DNA of 64,000 bases from Planctomyces sp. SH-PL62 (GCA_945893075.1 CAMDDX010000001.1:13132-77131); one strand, 5' to 3'. Numbered from the stretch's first letter, positions 8,131 to 17,730 are shown. Numbers and translations are program-made. The notes: generated by a model not told the origin, from the letters alone.

Positions 8131-10080
8131 ATGACAGCTCCATCCAATACTCCGACGACGAACAACAAACCTAATGCGACTGCCGCCGCTCCCAAAGTTG
8201 CGCCACCAGCGCGACAAGAGAGCGCACGCGAAACGATCGAGTCGATCGCGGTCGCGTTTCTGCTGGCGTTCTTGTTCCGCGCGTTTGAGGCCGAAGCGTT
8301 CGTGATTCCGACCGGCTCGATGGCCCCGACGTTGTATGGCCGGCACAAGGAAACGAACTGCAATCAGTGCGGGCATCTCATCACGATCGGTGCCAGCGAA
8401 GAGGTCGATGACAACGGCTATCTCAAGGGACGGTTAGAATCCTCGCTCTGTCCGAATTGCCGAGCACCGAACTCGATCCGCAACGCGCCGGTGTTTCGCG
8501 GCGACCGCATCCTGGTCAACAAGTTTCCGTTTGAGCTGAAGGAACCGCGGCGCTGGGATGTCGTCGTCTTCAAGTACCCCGAAGAGCCGAAAACGAATTA
8601 CATCAAGCGACTGGTCGGTCTGCCGAACGAAACGCTCATCATTCGCCAAGGGGATCTTTATCGAACGGAACCCGGCGGCGGTGAGACTCGCGTCGTGCGC
8701 AAGGCGGACCCCTACAAGCAGCGCGACGTTCAAATCCTGGTTCACGACAATGACTATCCAGAGACGCCGTTGATCAAGCACGGCTGGCCGAATCGCTGGG
8801 CCGCCGTCGAGCAGACTGCAACCGATTCGGAAGCCATCGCGACCGGCAGCACGCCAACCACTGAGATCGCTGGTTGGAAAGAGACCAACGCCGGCTGGCA
8901 ATCCTTGGAAAAGAAACACGCCTTCGCGCTCCAGGGAGAAGCGGCGAATCGCCCTCTTCCGCAATGGCTGCGGTATCGGCATTTCGTCCCCACGCCAGAG
9001 GTGTGGCGAGCGGCGCTCAAGTCGGATGATGGGGACCGGCTCAGTGACTTCGGCGTGAATGGAGCGGAATCATTGAAGCGTCCCAAGGCGCAGTTGGTCA
9101 CGGATTTCTGTGGATACAACGCTTTCTCGGCGCAACAGGACTTAGATCTCGACAGCTATTTTTGGGTCGGTGATTTGTCGGTTGGGTGTGACGTGCGGAT
9201 CGACAAGCTCAGTGAGAATCCCGAACTGCTGCTGGAACTCAACGAAGGGGTGCATCGCTTTCGCTGCCGGATCGATCCGAAGTCCGGTGAAGCTCAGTTG
9301 CAGCGGATCGTGTGGTTGGATCAATCCAGGGAAGACTTGAAAGTGCTCGCGAAAGCGACCACCTCGGTCGTCGGCACCGGCGAGCATCGCATCGAGTTCG
9401 CCAACGTCGATCAGCGGCTTTGCCTGTGGGTCGATGGGAGTCTGATCGACTTCGGACCGAAGGCGGAATACACGCTCTCGGAATTCGAGAACCTCGGACC
9501 ACAGGAAGAGGATTTGACGCCCGTCGGAATCGCGGCGCGCGGGATGAATGTCGAAGTCGCGCACCTGCAAATTCATCGCGACATTTACTATCGCAGCAGT
9601 CACGCGCTGGATTGGGGAGCGGATCAGGAAGAGTGGACTCCATGCTCTTCGCATCAGCACCTGAAATCTCTGCTGACGGACCCGCTTGCGTGGGGTGAAT
9701 CGTACAAGGCGTGCAGCCACGAGGCGCGGTTCGACATCGGCCCCGACGAGTTCATGATGCTGGGTGACAACAGCCCGCGCAGCAAAGACAGCCGCCTGTG
9801 GGGCAATGATCGCCGAGCGGAACATCGCCACGCGGTGCCGCGTTCGGCTCTGGTCGGCAAAGCGTTCTACATCTATTGGCCTCACGGCCAACCGTTTCTG
9901 AACGGCGGCGAAGGCTTTGCCGTCTGGAATCACAGACAAATTGAAACGAGACAACGACCGGGTGGGCGGCCGGAACTCGATGCGAACGGCAATCCCATCA
10001 TTCAGAAAGTCTCGACCGATTACCCCGACATCCGCCTGCCGTTCTATCCGAACGTCGGCCGGATGCAGCGAATTCGCTGA
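8131..10080 (+). CDS. lepB: Signal peptidase I (S26 family), copy 2, long form with Cys4 insertion
   Basis: Motifs seen: PTGSMAPTLYG, YIKRLVGLPNETL and GDNSPRSKDSRLWG. The pairs CNQC...CPNC form the insertion. The start is set at ATG 8131 because the track ORF start (7978) lies inside the palindromic element. Confidence 0.85.
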   Translation: MTAPSNTPTTNNKPNATAAAPKVAPPARQESARETIESIAVAFLLAFLFRAFEAEAFVIPTGSMAPTLYGRHKETNCNQCGHLITIGASEEVDDNGYLKGRLESSLCPNCRAPNSIRNAPVFRGDRILVNKFPFELKEPRRWDVVVFKYPEEPKTNYIKRLVGLPNETLIIRQGDLYRTEPGGGETRVVRKADPYKQRDVQILVHDNDYPETPLIKHGWPNRWAAVEQTATDSEAIATGSTPTTEIAGWKETNAGWQSLEKKHAFALQGEAANRPLPQWLRYRHFVPTPEVWRAALKSDDGDRLSDFGVNGAESLKRPKAQLVTDFCGYNAFSAQQDLDLDSYFWVGDLSVGCDVRIDKLSENPELLLELNEGVHRFRCRIDPKSGEAQLQRIVWLDQSREDLKVLAKATTSVVGTGEHRIEFANVDQRLCLWVDGSLIDFGPKAEYTLSEFENLGPQEEDLTPVGIAARGMNVEVAHLQIHRDIYYRSSHALDWGADQEEWTPCSSHQHLKSLLTDPLAWGESYKACSHEARFDIGPDEFMMLGDNSPRSKDSRLWGNDRRAEHRHAVPRSALVGKAFYIYWPHGQPFLNGGEGFAVWNHRQIETRQRPGGRPELDANGNPIIQKVSTDYPDIRLPFYPNVGRMQRIR

Positions 10081-10123
10081 TCGATCTGAAATTTGAATTG
10101 GATGCAATCGCAACTCTAGTCTT

Positions 10124-10318
10124 GGCCCCAACGGGGACTGACTCGAAAGCCCAGGGCAACGCCCTGGGTTAGTGCAACACCAACAGGTATTAAGCCCCAA
10201 CGGGGCGCAACTTTCATCGCATCCGTGCAAGTTGCGCCCCTTCAGGGCTGAAGATTCTCTCTCGTATGGCCAACCCAGGGCGATGCCCTGGGCTTTCGAG
10301 TCACGCCCCCTTGGGGCT
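10124..10318. repeat. ~195-bp nested palindromic intergenic element
   Basis: The outer arms of about 47 nt (10124-10170 and 10272-10318) are complementary with a few mismatches. An inner inverted repeat lies at 10191-10213 and 10229-10251. The arms contain CCCAGGGC..GCCCTGGG sub-hairpins. Confidence 0.75.
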
Positions 10319-10373
10319 GAAAACCGGAACGCCGGTGACACGCATTTGAATTTTCAACGTCAAGGAGGACGTC

Positions 10374-11150
10374 ATGGCTCTGCTGGAATGCCACGGATTG
10401 GTGAAGGACTACCCCGGTAAGCGCGCCGTCGATGGCGTGGACTTTTGCGTCGAGCGCGGCGAGATCGTCGGACTGCTGGGCCCGAACGGAGCCGGCAAGA
10501 CGACGTCGTTCCGCATGTCGTGCGGGATGATCGCCCCGACGGTCGGGCACGTCTTCCTGAATGGCGTCGAGGTCACACGCTGGCCGATGTATAAGCGCGC
10601 TCAAGCCGGCATGGGCTATCTGCCGCAAGACGAGAGTATCTTCATCAAGCTGACCGTCGAGCAAAACATTCTCGCGGTGCTCGAATTCCTGCCGATGACG
10701 CGTGAGGAGCGGCAAGCCAAGATCGAACAACTGCTGGCGGAGTTTGGTCTCGCGGACAAGCGGCGACAAATCGCCTCCACGCTGTCGGGGGGCGAGCGAC
10801 GACGACTGGAAATTGCGCGGTGTCTCGCCACCGATCCGGTTTTGATTCTGCTCGACGAGCCGTTCACCGGCATCGACCCGGTCACGATTCACAGCATTCA
10901 GGACATCATTGCTCGTCTGCGCAACAAGGGGATCGGCATTCTGCTGACCGATCACCGTGAACGCGAAACGCTGACGATCACCGACCGCAATTATGTGATC
11001 TGCGCCGGGCAAGTGATCGCCTCGGGCGATGCCAAGACCGTCCTGGCGAATCCGGACGCTCGCCGTCTGTACTTCGGAGAACGCTTCGACGCCAACTCGA
11101 TCATCCAAGGCAAGGAAGCGTTCGATTCGGGACTCGAAGCGGCAGCGTGA
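10374..11150 (+). CDS. lptB: LPS export ABC transporter ATP-binding protein
   Basis: Motifs seen: Walker A GPNGAGKTT, ABC signature LSGGERRRLEIAR and Walker B ILLDEPF. The size and the N-terminal pattern (KDYPGKRAVDGVDFCVERGEIVGLLGPNGAGKTT) are typical of LptB. Confidence 0.8.
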   Translation: MALLECHGLVKDYPGKRAVDGVDFCVERGEIVGLLGPNGAGKTTSFRMSCGMIAPTVGHVFLNGVEVTRWPMYKRAQAGMGYLPQDESIFIKLTVEQNILAVLEFLPMTREERQAKIEQLLAEFGLADKRRQIASTLSGGERRRLEIARCLATDPVLILLDEPFTGIDPVTIHSIQDIIARLRNKGIGILLTDHRERETLTITDRNYVICAGQVIASGDAKTVLANPDARRLYFGERFDANSIIQGKEAFDSGLEAAA

Positions 11151-11278
11151 GTCGACGAGTCACTCAGTGACTCGATCCTCCCGGTCAGGGAGTGACCGGA
11201 CGACTTTGACCCTCCTTGCACGTCGCGCGGGCGACCCCCACAATCCGCCCGCTCATGGGACTCAACAAGGAGGGCATT

Positions 11279-11650
11279 GTGGGTCTGTTGCTGTTGGCTG
11301 ACGTGACCTCGACCGCCGAAATCGCGACCAAACACGCCGTCGCTTCCGTGGATTACTGGTCGCTGCTGTTTGTCTTCGCGATGGCATCGCTGCTGGGCTT
11401 TGGCGTGATCGTCCGCGTCTCGCGGTTGCTGCACACGCCGCTGATGTCTCTGACGAACGCCATCTCGGGCATTGCGGTGGTCGGTTCGATCATTGTCACG
11501 GGGAATGAAAAATACTCGGACAGCATTCGCATTTTGGGAGCCATCGCGCTGTTCGCATCGACGACCAACGTCGTCAGCGGATTCCTCATCACCGACCGCA
11601 TGTTGAAGATGTTTAAGCAGCCGGGCGGCAGCGGGGAACCGAAACGATGA
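11279..11650 (+). CDS. pntA: NAD(P) transhydrogenase subunit alpha, part 2 (membrane part)
   Basis: Motifs seen: LHTPLMSLTNAISGIAVVGSI and ALFASTTNVVSGFLITDRMLKMF. The start is proposed at GTG 11279, 5 nt after AAGGAGG. The alternatives ATG 11255 and 11216 are in the same frame. The stop overlaps the pntB start. Confidence 0.75.
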   Translation: MGLLLLADVTSTAEIATKHAVASVDYWSLLFVFAMASLLGFGVIVRVSRLLHTPLMSLTNAISGIAVVGSIIVTGNEKYSDSIRILGAIALFASTTNVVSGFLITDRMLKMFKQPGGSGEPKR

Positions 11651-13053
11651 TGCACCACCTGCTGCAGTTGACGTATCTCGTCGCAACCGTGTTGTTCGTG
11701 TTCTCGTTGCATGGAATGAACAATCCGAAGACGGCGCGGCGCGGCGTGCAAGCGGGAATGTTGGCGATGTTCCTGGCAATCGCGGCGACCTGGGCGCAGG
11801 ATTCGATCACGCAGCATGGCTGGGTGCTGGCGGCGATCATCGCGGGGATCATCGTGGGCATTCCGCTCTCGAAAGTGCCGCTGACCGCGGTGCCTCAGCG
11901 GACGGCGATTTCGCACGCGTTCGGGGGACTCGCGGCGGGACTCGTCGGTACGGCCGAGTTCGTGTATTGGTCCTGCTACGATCGTGACGAACTGACCCAA
12001 TTCCACATGGCGGCGGTCGTCGCCGAGGTGCTGCTCGGATTTCTGACTGTCACCGGCAGCTTGATGGCTGCCGCTAAGCTGCAAGAGGTGAAATGGATTC
12101 CACAGCGGCCGGTGACGTATCCGTTTCAAAACGTCAGCAACATCGGCTTGCTCGGTTTGGCGGTGTTGTTCGGCGGATTGCTCGTGTTGAACCCGACCGG
12201 TCCCGGCGCGGGATTCCTGTTCGGTGGTGTCGTACTCCTGGCGCTGGCGTTCGGAGTGCTGCTGATCATCCCGATCGGCGGGGCGGACATGCCGACGGTG
12301 ATCTCGATTCTGAATTCGTATGCCGGACTCTCGGCCGTCGCGATGGGATTTGTGCTCGACAACAAGTTGCTGATCACGGCCGGTGCGCTGGATGGGGCCA
12401 GCGGCTTGATCCTGTCGATCATGATGTGCCGAGCGATGAATCGCTCATTCACCAACGTGCTCTTCGGAGCCTTCGGGCAAGTGCAAGCGGTCGCGGCAGA
12501 CTCGCAGGTGCGGCACTACAAGTCGGAGACCATCGAAGGTGCGGCTCAGGTTTTGGAGCAAGCCAGTCTGGTCGTGATCATTCCCGGCTATGGACTCGCG
12601 GTCGCGCAGGCTCAGCATCGCGTGCGTGAGCTGTACGACCAACTGACCAAAGCGGGCATCACGGTCAAGTTTGCGATTCATCCGGTCGCCGGCCGCATGC
12701 CCGGCCACATGAACGTGCTGCTGGCCGAGGCCGAGATCCCCTACAGCGATCTGATCGAGATGGACGAGATCAACGCCGACATGCCGCAATGCGACGTCGC
12801 GTTGGTGATCGGAGCCAACGACGTCGTCAACCCAGCCGCTCGATCGGTGAAGTCCTCGCCGATCTACGGGATGCCCATCATCGACGCCGACAAAGCGAAA
12901 ACCGTCTTCGCCATCAAACGCAGCAAAAGCCCCGGCTTCGCGGGCATCGACAACGAGCTGTATTTTCAAGACCGCACATTCATGCTCTTCGGCGACGCAA
13001 AGGCGGTTGTCGGCGAGCTGGCCAAGCACCTCGCGGGCGGCGGCGGGCATTGA
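11647..13053 (+). CDS. pntB: NAD(P) transhydrogenase subunit beta
   Basis: The N-terminal half is multi-TM. The C-terminal NADP(H) domain carries PGYGLAVAQAQH, AIHPVAGRMPGHMNVLLAEA and VIGANDVVNPAA. Confidence 0.9.
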   Translation: MMHHLLQLTYLVATVLFVFSLHGMNNPKTARRGVQAGMLAMFLAIAATWAQDSITQHGWVLAAIIAGIIVGIPLSKVPLTAVPQRTAISHAFGGLAAGLVGTAEFVYWSCYDRDELTQFHMAAVVAEVLLGFLTVTGSLMAAAKLQEVKWIPQRPVTYPFQNVSNIGLLGLAVLFGGLLVLNPTGPGAGFLFGGVVLLALAFGVLLIIPIGGADMPTVISILNSYAGLSAVAMGFVLDNKLLITAGALDGASGLILSIMMCRAMNRSFTNVLFGAFGQVQAVAADSQVRHYKSETIEGAAQVLEQASLVVIIPGYGLAVAQAQHRVRELYDQLTKAGITVKFAIHPVAGRMPGHMNVLLAEAEIPYSDLIEMDEINADMPQCDVALVIGANDVVNPAARSVKSSPIYGMPIIDADKAKTVFAIKRSKSPGFAGIDNELYFQDRTFMLFGDAKAVVGELAKHLAGGGGH

Positions 13054-13062
13054 TTGCGCGTA

Positions 13063-13115
13063 GTAGCCGCACTCGCCAGAGTGCGGGCCGCCCGCGTTCT
13101 GGCGAACGCGGCTAC
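13063..13115. terminator. Twin GC-rich hairpins between convergent pntB and pntA part 1
   Basis: GCACTCGCCAGAGTGC and CGCGTTCTGGCGAACGCG each form a hairpin. The two halves are also roughly complementary to each other. They lie between two convergent stop codons. Confidence 0.5.
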
Positions 13116-13128
13116 GGTGAGAAGCCGC

Positions 13129-14391
13129 TCAGCGCTCTCCCGCGTCCGACGCCAGCAGTTCATGCACTTTCGGATGCACGACTTGCCCGTCGATCGTGAC
13201 CAGCGTGCCCAACACAATCTCGTCCTCGCGGTTGATGGCCCAGTGGCCGTCGTTGATCAGCGACAACAAGAACGTCGTCGCGTTCCGTGAGAACATCTGG
13301 CTGGCGTGAAACGGCACCGACGCCGACAAGTTGACGCAGCCGATGATCGACACGCAGTTTTCGACAACCGTTTCCCAGGGCCGCGTCAATTCGCAGTTGC
13401 CCCCCTGCTCTGCCGCTAAGTCGATCACCAGAGAACCGGGCGACATCGAACGCACCATCTCTGCCGAGACCAATCGCGGAGCCTTCCGCCCCGGCACCGC
13501 TGCCGTCGTGATGACGATGTCGCTGTCGGCGATGACCGGCGACAGGGCCGCTTGCTGACGTTGATAGAAATCTGCGTCCATCCCTTTCGCGTAACCGCCG
13601 CCGCCGGCCGCATCCCCCAAGCCCATGTCGATGAACTTCGCACCGAGACTTTGCACGTCATCTTTCGCGACCGATCGCACGTCCGTCGCTTTGACCACCG
13701 CCCCCAATCGCCGAGCAGTCGCAATCGCCTGCAATCCGGCCACCCCCGCGCCGATCACAAACACCCGCGCGGCGGTGATCGTGCCTGCCGCCGTCATCAT
13801 CATCGGAAACATTTTCACAGACCGCTCAGCCGCCAGCAGCACCGCCTTGTAACCGGCGATCGACGCCTGAGACGACAGCACGTCCATGCTCTGCGCACGA
13901 GTGATCCGCGGCAGCAACTCCAGCGAGAACGCCAGAGCTCCGCGTTCCGCGACCCGCCGCATGAACTCCGGACGACTGAGCGGATCGCACAGACTGATCA
14001 CCGCTTGCCCCGGTCGTAGCGCAGCGATGTCCGCCTCCGCCGCATCGGCGTTGGCTCCGGCCGTGCGGACTTGCAACAGGATGTCCGCTCGCGAACACAC
14101 CTCTTCGCGATGTGCCAGCACCTCCGCGCCAACCGCGAGGTAAGCCGTATCCACAAACCCGGCCGACGTTCCAGCTCCGGCTTGAACGACGACCTGCAGC
14201 TTGGCCTTCTTGAGCGCCGCGATCGAAGCGGGGACCAACGCGACGCGGTGTTCCCTCCGAAACGTCTCGCGCAGCACACCGACCACCAATGGTTTCGCCG
14301 TCGCCGTTACCCCGGTCAGCGAATAGGTCTCGTGATCACCCGCCGTCACACCGTCCGTGCTCATCGTGCTTCCGTCTGAATGAGGAACCAT
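13129..14391 (-). CDS. pntA: NAD(P) transhydrogenase subunit alpha, part 1 (alanine dehydrogenase/PNT fold)
   Basis: The Rossmann motif VIGAGVAGLQAIATARRLGA is present, with ALKKAKLQVVVQAGAG at the N-terminus. Length and order match the soluble dI domain. The exact start is uncertain (an alternative Met lies 9 codons in). Confidence 0.85.
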   Translation of the reverse strand: MVPHSDGSTMSTDGVTAGDHETYSLTGVTATAKPLVVGVLRETFRREHRVALVPASIAALKKAKLQVVVQAGAGTSAGFVDTAYLAVGAEVLAHREEVCSRADILLQVRTAGANADAAEADIAALRPGQAVISLCDPLSRPEFMRRVAERGALAFSLELLPRITRAQSMDVLSSQASIAGYKAVLLAAERSVKMFPMMMTAAGTITAARVFVIGAGVAGLQAIATARRLGAVVKATDVRSVAKDDVQSLGAKFIDMGLGDAAGGGGYAKGMDADFYQRQQAALSPVIADSDIVITTAAVPGRKAPRLVSAEMVRSMSPGSLVIDLAAEQGGNCELTRPWETVVENCVSIIGCVNLSASVPFHASQMFSRNATTFLLSLINDGHWAINREDEIVLGTLVTIDGQVVHPKVHELLASDAGER

Positions 14392-14483
14392 TCGCCACGA
14401 CGACTCGTTCGCGCGACATCGCCGGGAAGGTAGCGGCTGCCAATCTCAGATTTCAAACCGCACAAACGCCCAACCCCAAGTTA

Positions 14484-17400
14484 TCACTTCGCGGAGTCAG
14501 TCGGATTGCTCAGCAAGTACGCGATCACGTCTCGCAACTCTTCCGTCGTCTTCACGACACCTTGTGGCATGGCCGAGACGTCCGCGAGTTTCCGGGCTTC
14601 GATGTCGGACTTGTTGATCGAGACTCGCTTCGTGTCGGGCAGCAGCACTTCCAACTTCTCGCCCGTTTCGCTGACGACGAGACCGGTGATGACTTTTCCA
14701 TCGGTCGTCTGGATCGTGGAAGACTTGAAGACGGGCGAGATCACTTTATTCGGAGCCAGCACCGATTCAACAAGGTACGCCACAGAGAACCGCTTGCCGG
14801 AATCGGCCAAGCTGGGTCCACCGCCACCGGGTTGAGTCGCTGTCGCCGCGTGACACTTCGCGCAGCCCAGCGACTCGGCACCGAATAATTTCTTGCCGCG
14901 TGCGACGTCACCGATCTTCACCGCTTCGGACCAATCGACAGTCAGGAACTTTGGGTCGATCGGCTGCGAGCCACTTCCGGCCGAGATCAATCGTTCCGCC
15001 AGCGACAGACCGTCCGGCTTCTCTGGCAAAGAGAACTTCACGTCGCCGAGATGTTTGAAGTGCAGATACTGCCCGCCACGTCCCGATTGCATCCGCACGC
15101 GGACGAGGATGTCGTTACTGCCCGCCAGCAGATCGAGCGGCACGACATCATCAAGCTGTTGCAACGGTCGGACGGCATCGTTGGTGAAGACCAGCTTGCC
15201 GTTGTGCCAGACGCGAACGCCGTCCTCACTACCAACGAGCAATTGCATGCGCTGAGCGGTCGGCACGTCGAAGCGAACCAGCGAATAGACCGACGAATTC
15301 GGCGACGGACCAAACAGCGTGTTGAAGTTGTAAAGCGGCCGATCCGGACTGGAGGTCTTCGTCAGCTTCCATTCGAACGATTTCCCGGCGACCGCAACTT
15401 TCGCGGCGAGGTCAATCGCCGCGGTCTCGACCGCATGCACGGTCTTGAATCCATCGGCATCCGGCACCGGGCCGAGCATCCACACCTGCGGCCGGACATG
15501 CTCCAGCTTCCCTTGCAGGTTCAGCCGCTTGTCCTGCACGCCGGCCGTGACGGTGGCGATCTTCGGCTCGGAACGCGGATCGTTGAGCAACGATAAGAAA
15601 TGCGCCGCCTGCAACCGCACCTTGTCGTCGTCATCGCTGAGCCGCTCCACGAGCAGCGCGAAGAGTTTCTCTTGTTCGTCAGTGTGCTTGAGCGTCTTCC
15701 AATGTTCGGCCACGGTGTAGTTGCCGACGCGGCCGAACTTGCGCAAGTCGATCGGCTCTTTCTCGTCGGCAAAGAGGATGATGTTCGCTTCCTCTTTCTG
15801 TTGTGGTGCGAGCGGCGCGGCCGCCGGCAACTTGGCATCGACGGCGGGAATCGTCAGCCGAAAACCTGCGATGAGCACGCCCATCATGCGCAATGGTTGT
15901 TCGGGTGCTCGGCTATACGCAGCGGTCAGTTTCGGCAACGGGAGACTCGAAAACACATGACAGGCCCGCACCAGATGGGCGTCGACATCACCTTGTCGCA
16001 GTCTTTCGCGAGTTCCGTCGTCCCAGTCTTGGCGAATCTGCTTCAGCGTGTTTTCTGGATCACGTTCCGCATCCGCCATCAAATCCTCAAGCCTCAACTC
16101 GGCAAACCCCTGTGCCAAGGATTTCGCAAGAGGCTCCACGAGAATTGGTCCAAAGATGGCAACCGTCAGAGCGTCTCCGAAAGCGAGCGGTGGATCAGGT
16201 GGATGCCGGCCAGGATGACGAGTCGTTTTCGGCGACACCTGCCAGCGACGGACCAGCTCGGCAAATGCTGTCGATGACCGATTCCACTCGGCCCGAAAAC
16301 GTTCCTCACGGAGCTTCTCGGCCGCAACACTCGTCAGATCGTATCCGTCGAACGGCATCGTGTCGGGATCGTCCTTGCGCGTGATGACGGCGAGGTCGCT
16401 GCGGTACACGGGCGAACCTTCGTTCTGAGCCATGTAGCAGATCGTGACGAAGACTCGCCCACCGCGACCGACGCAAACGCCAACCGGCCGCGCCTGATCG
16501 CTCCCTTCCAACAGGACATGCTCCTTCGCGGTGAAAGTGCTCCCCTTGGCTTCGAGCGGAAACCGCGTGACTTGTCGGCGACACCAGCGGGCGACGAGCA
16601 GATTGTTCTCGTACTTCTCCGGCAGATAGCCGTCTGCGTAATACGTTTGCAGGACCGGGACGAACCGGCCCAACTCTTCGTTGAGGCTCGGCAGGATGTC
16701 GGCGCGGTCGGGCGATTTGCTCTGCAACCAACCGCGCGGCCAACTGAAGTACGAACCTTCGGTCACATGCAGCAGCCGTCCGGGAACGTAGGCCGATGGC
16801 AGCCCCTCGTGATCGTTGTCGTTGGTGAAGAGGTTCCAATTCTTGTCGAAGCACAGCCCACACGGGTTTCGCAATCCGCGCGAGAAGCTCCGCAGATTGG
16901 TCCCGTCCGGTCGAATGCGAAAGACTCCGCCGACGCCGTTGTACGGCATCGTCGCCCAGTCTTTATCGCCGACACGAATCGTCTTCTCGACGTAGCCCTG
17001 TCGCTCCGCGACAGGAGAACTTTCCTGTCGCGGAGCGACAGGGCTACTTTTGAAGAACATCGTCCAATGCCCCCAGTGATCTGGTCGAGTGAAGTCTCCG
17101 TAATACCACAGCGGATCGCCCATCGAGACATAGAGGTCTCCCTCCGGTCCCCACGCGCAGGCGTGAAAGCACTGATGGACGTGACCGTTCGGCACGCCCC
17201 ACATTAGCCGCTCGATGGTGACACCTTCCCGCTTCAGTCGCGCCCCCGGCAGCCGATAGACCGCGCTGACCGTGACGACGTAAAGGTCGTCGCCTCGAAT
17301 CTCGATGTCGTTGACCCAAGTGTGATCGGGAAACGTGAACAGCAACTGCCGCGGCTTGTACCGCCCGGCCTCGTCGAGGTCGTAGACGAACAGCGTCTTG

Positions 17401-17576
17401 CGGCCTCCGACAAAGATGCGTCCCGCCGTGTCGAGCCGCACCGACAGGAACGAATCGTCGTCGGAAGAATCGAGCCGCACGACTTTCAAATCAGGATCGA
17501 GGACGCGGTAGTCGAGGTCTTCAGCCAGAAGTGGGGCCGTGGACAGCATCAGCAACAAAGCCAAACGCGAAGTCAT
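14484..17576 (-). CDS. Large secreted heme-binding protein (PVC-type CxxCH / membrane-bound-dehydrogenase-like)
   Basis: The signal-like N-terminus is MTSRLALLLMLSTAPLLA. A C-terminal cytochrome c motif CAKCHA is followed by a conserved tail (ITGLVVSETGEKLEVLLPD...MPQG). The architecture is recognised from planctomycete/verrucomicrobial proteins. Confidence 0.75.
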   Translation of the reverse strand: MTSRLALLLMLSTAPLLAEDLDYRVLDPDLKVVRLDSSDDDSFLSVRLDTAGRIFVGGRKTLFVYDLDEAGRYKPRQLLFTFPDHTWVNDIEIRGDDLYVVTVSAVYRLPGARLKREGVTIERLMWGVPNGHVHQCFHACAWGPEGDLYVSMGDPLWYYGDFTRPDHWGHWTMFFKSSPVAPRQESSPVAERQGYVEKTIRVGDKDWATMPYNGVGGVFRIRPDGTNLRSFSRGLRNPCGLCFDKNWNLFTNDNDHEGLPSAYVPGRLLHVTEGSYFSWPRGWLQSKSPDRADILPSLNEELGRFVPVLQTYYADGYLPEKYENNLLVARWCRRQVTRFPLEAKGSTFTAKEHVLLEGSDQARPVGVCVGRGGRVFVTICYMAQNEGSPVYRSDLAVITRKDDPDTMPFDGYDLTSVAAEKLREERFRAEWNRSSTAFAELVRRWQVSPKTTRHPGRHPPDPPLAFGDALTVAIFGPILVEPLAKSLAQGFAELRLEDLMADAERDPENTLKQIRQDWDDGTRERLRQGDVDAHLVRACHVFSSLPLPKLTAAYSRAPEQPLRMMGVLIAGFRLTIPAVDAKLPAAAPLAPQQKEEANIILFADEKEPIDLRKFGRVGNYTVAEHWKTLKHTDEQEKLFALLVERLSDDDDKVRLQAAHFLSLLNDPRSEPKIATVTAGVQDKRLNLQGKLEHVRPQVWMLGPVPDADGFKTVHAVETAAIDLAAKVAVAGKSFEWKLTKTSSPDRPLYNFNTLFGPSPNSSVYSLVRFDVPTAQRMQLLVGSEDGVRVWHNGKLVFTNDAVRPLQQLDDVVPLDLLAGSNDILVRVRMQSGRGGQYLHFKHLGDVKFSLPEKPDGLSLAERLISAGSGSQPIDPKFLTVDWSEAVKIGDVARGKKLFGAESLGCAKCHAATATQPGGGGPSLADSGKRFSVAYLVESVLAPNKVISPVFKSSTIQTTDGKVITGLVVSETGEKLEVLLPDTKRVSINKSDIEARKLADVSAMPQGVVKTTEELRDVIAYLLSNPTDSAK

Positions 17577-17610
17577 GCGAATATCTCCACAGCGCCAATC
17601 AGGCTCGCCA

Positions 17611-17648
17611 ATGAAAATGGCTCTCTCGCAGTCATTGACGAGAGAGCC
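17611..17648 (-). terminator. Rho-independent-like terminator downstream of the tRNA remnant
   Basis: A 10-bp stem (GGCTCTCTCG / CGAGAGAGCC, 17619-17628 and 17639-17648) is followed on the minus strand by ATTTTCATT. Confidence 0.5.
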
Positions 17649-17658
17649 ATATCTGAAT

Positions 17659-17676
17659 GCGGAGAGAGGGTGATTC
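17659..17676. repeat. 18-nt direct repeat (tRNA-Ser 3' end), copy 1, att-like
   Basis: GCGGAGAGAGGGTGATTC matches 24670-24687 at 17 of 18 positions in the same orientation. Confidence 0.6.
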
Positions 17677-17730
17677 GAACCCCCGGTACCCTCACGGGCA
17701 CGCCGGTTTTCAAGACCGGTGGCTCGCCAA
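17660..17730 (-). pseudogene. tRNA-Ser(UGA) remnant lacking the 5' acceptor strand and most of the D arm
   Basis: The minus strand reads CCGGT-CTTGAAA-ACCGG (anticodon UGA), then a long variable arm TGCCC-GTGA-GGGTA, a T arm GGGGG-TTCGAAT-CACCC (one mismatch) and the acceptor 3' strand TCTCTCC-G. No complementary GGAGAGA 5' strand occurs upstream, and the D arm is collapsed (TTGGCGAGCCA). Confidence 0.65.

Noticed and set aside
10242-11108. 288-aa minus-strand ORF, plus the minus-strand ORFs at 11353-12129 and 12445-13050.
   Set aside because: They are antisense to lptB and pntB, both of which carry diagnostic motifs on the plus strand.
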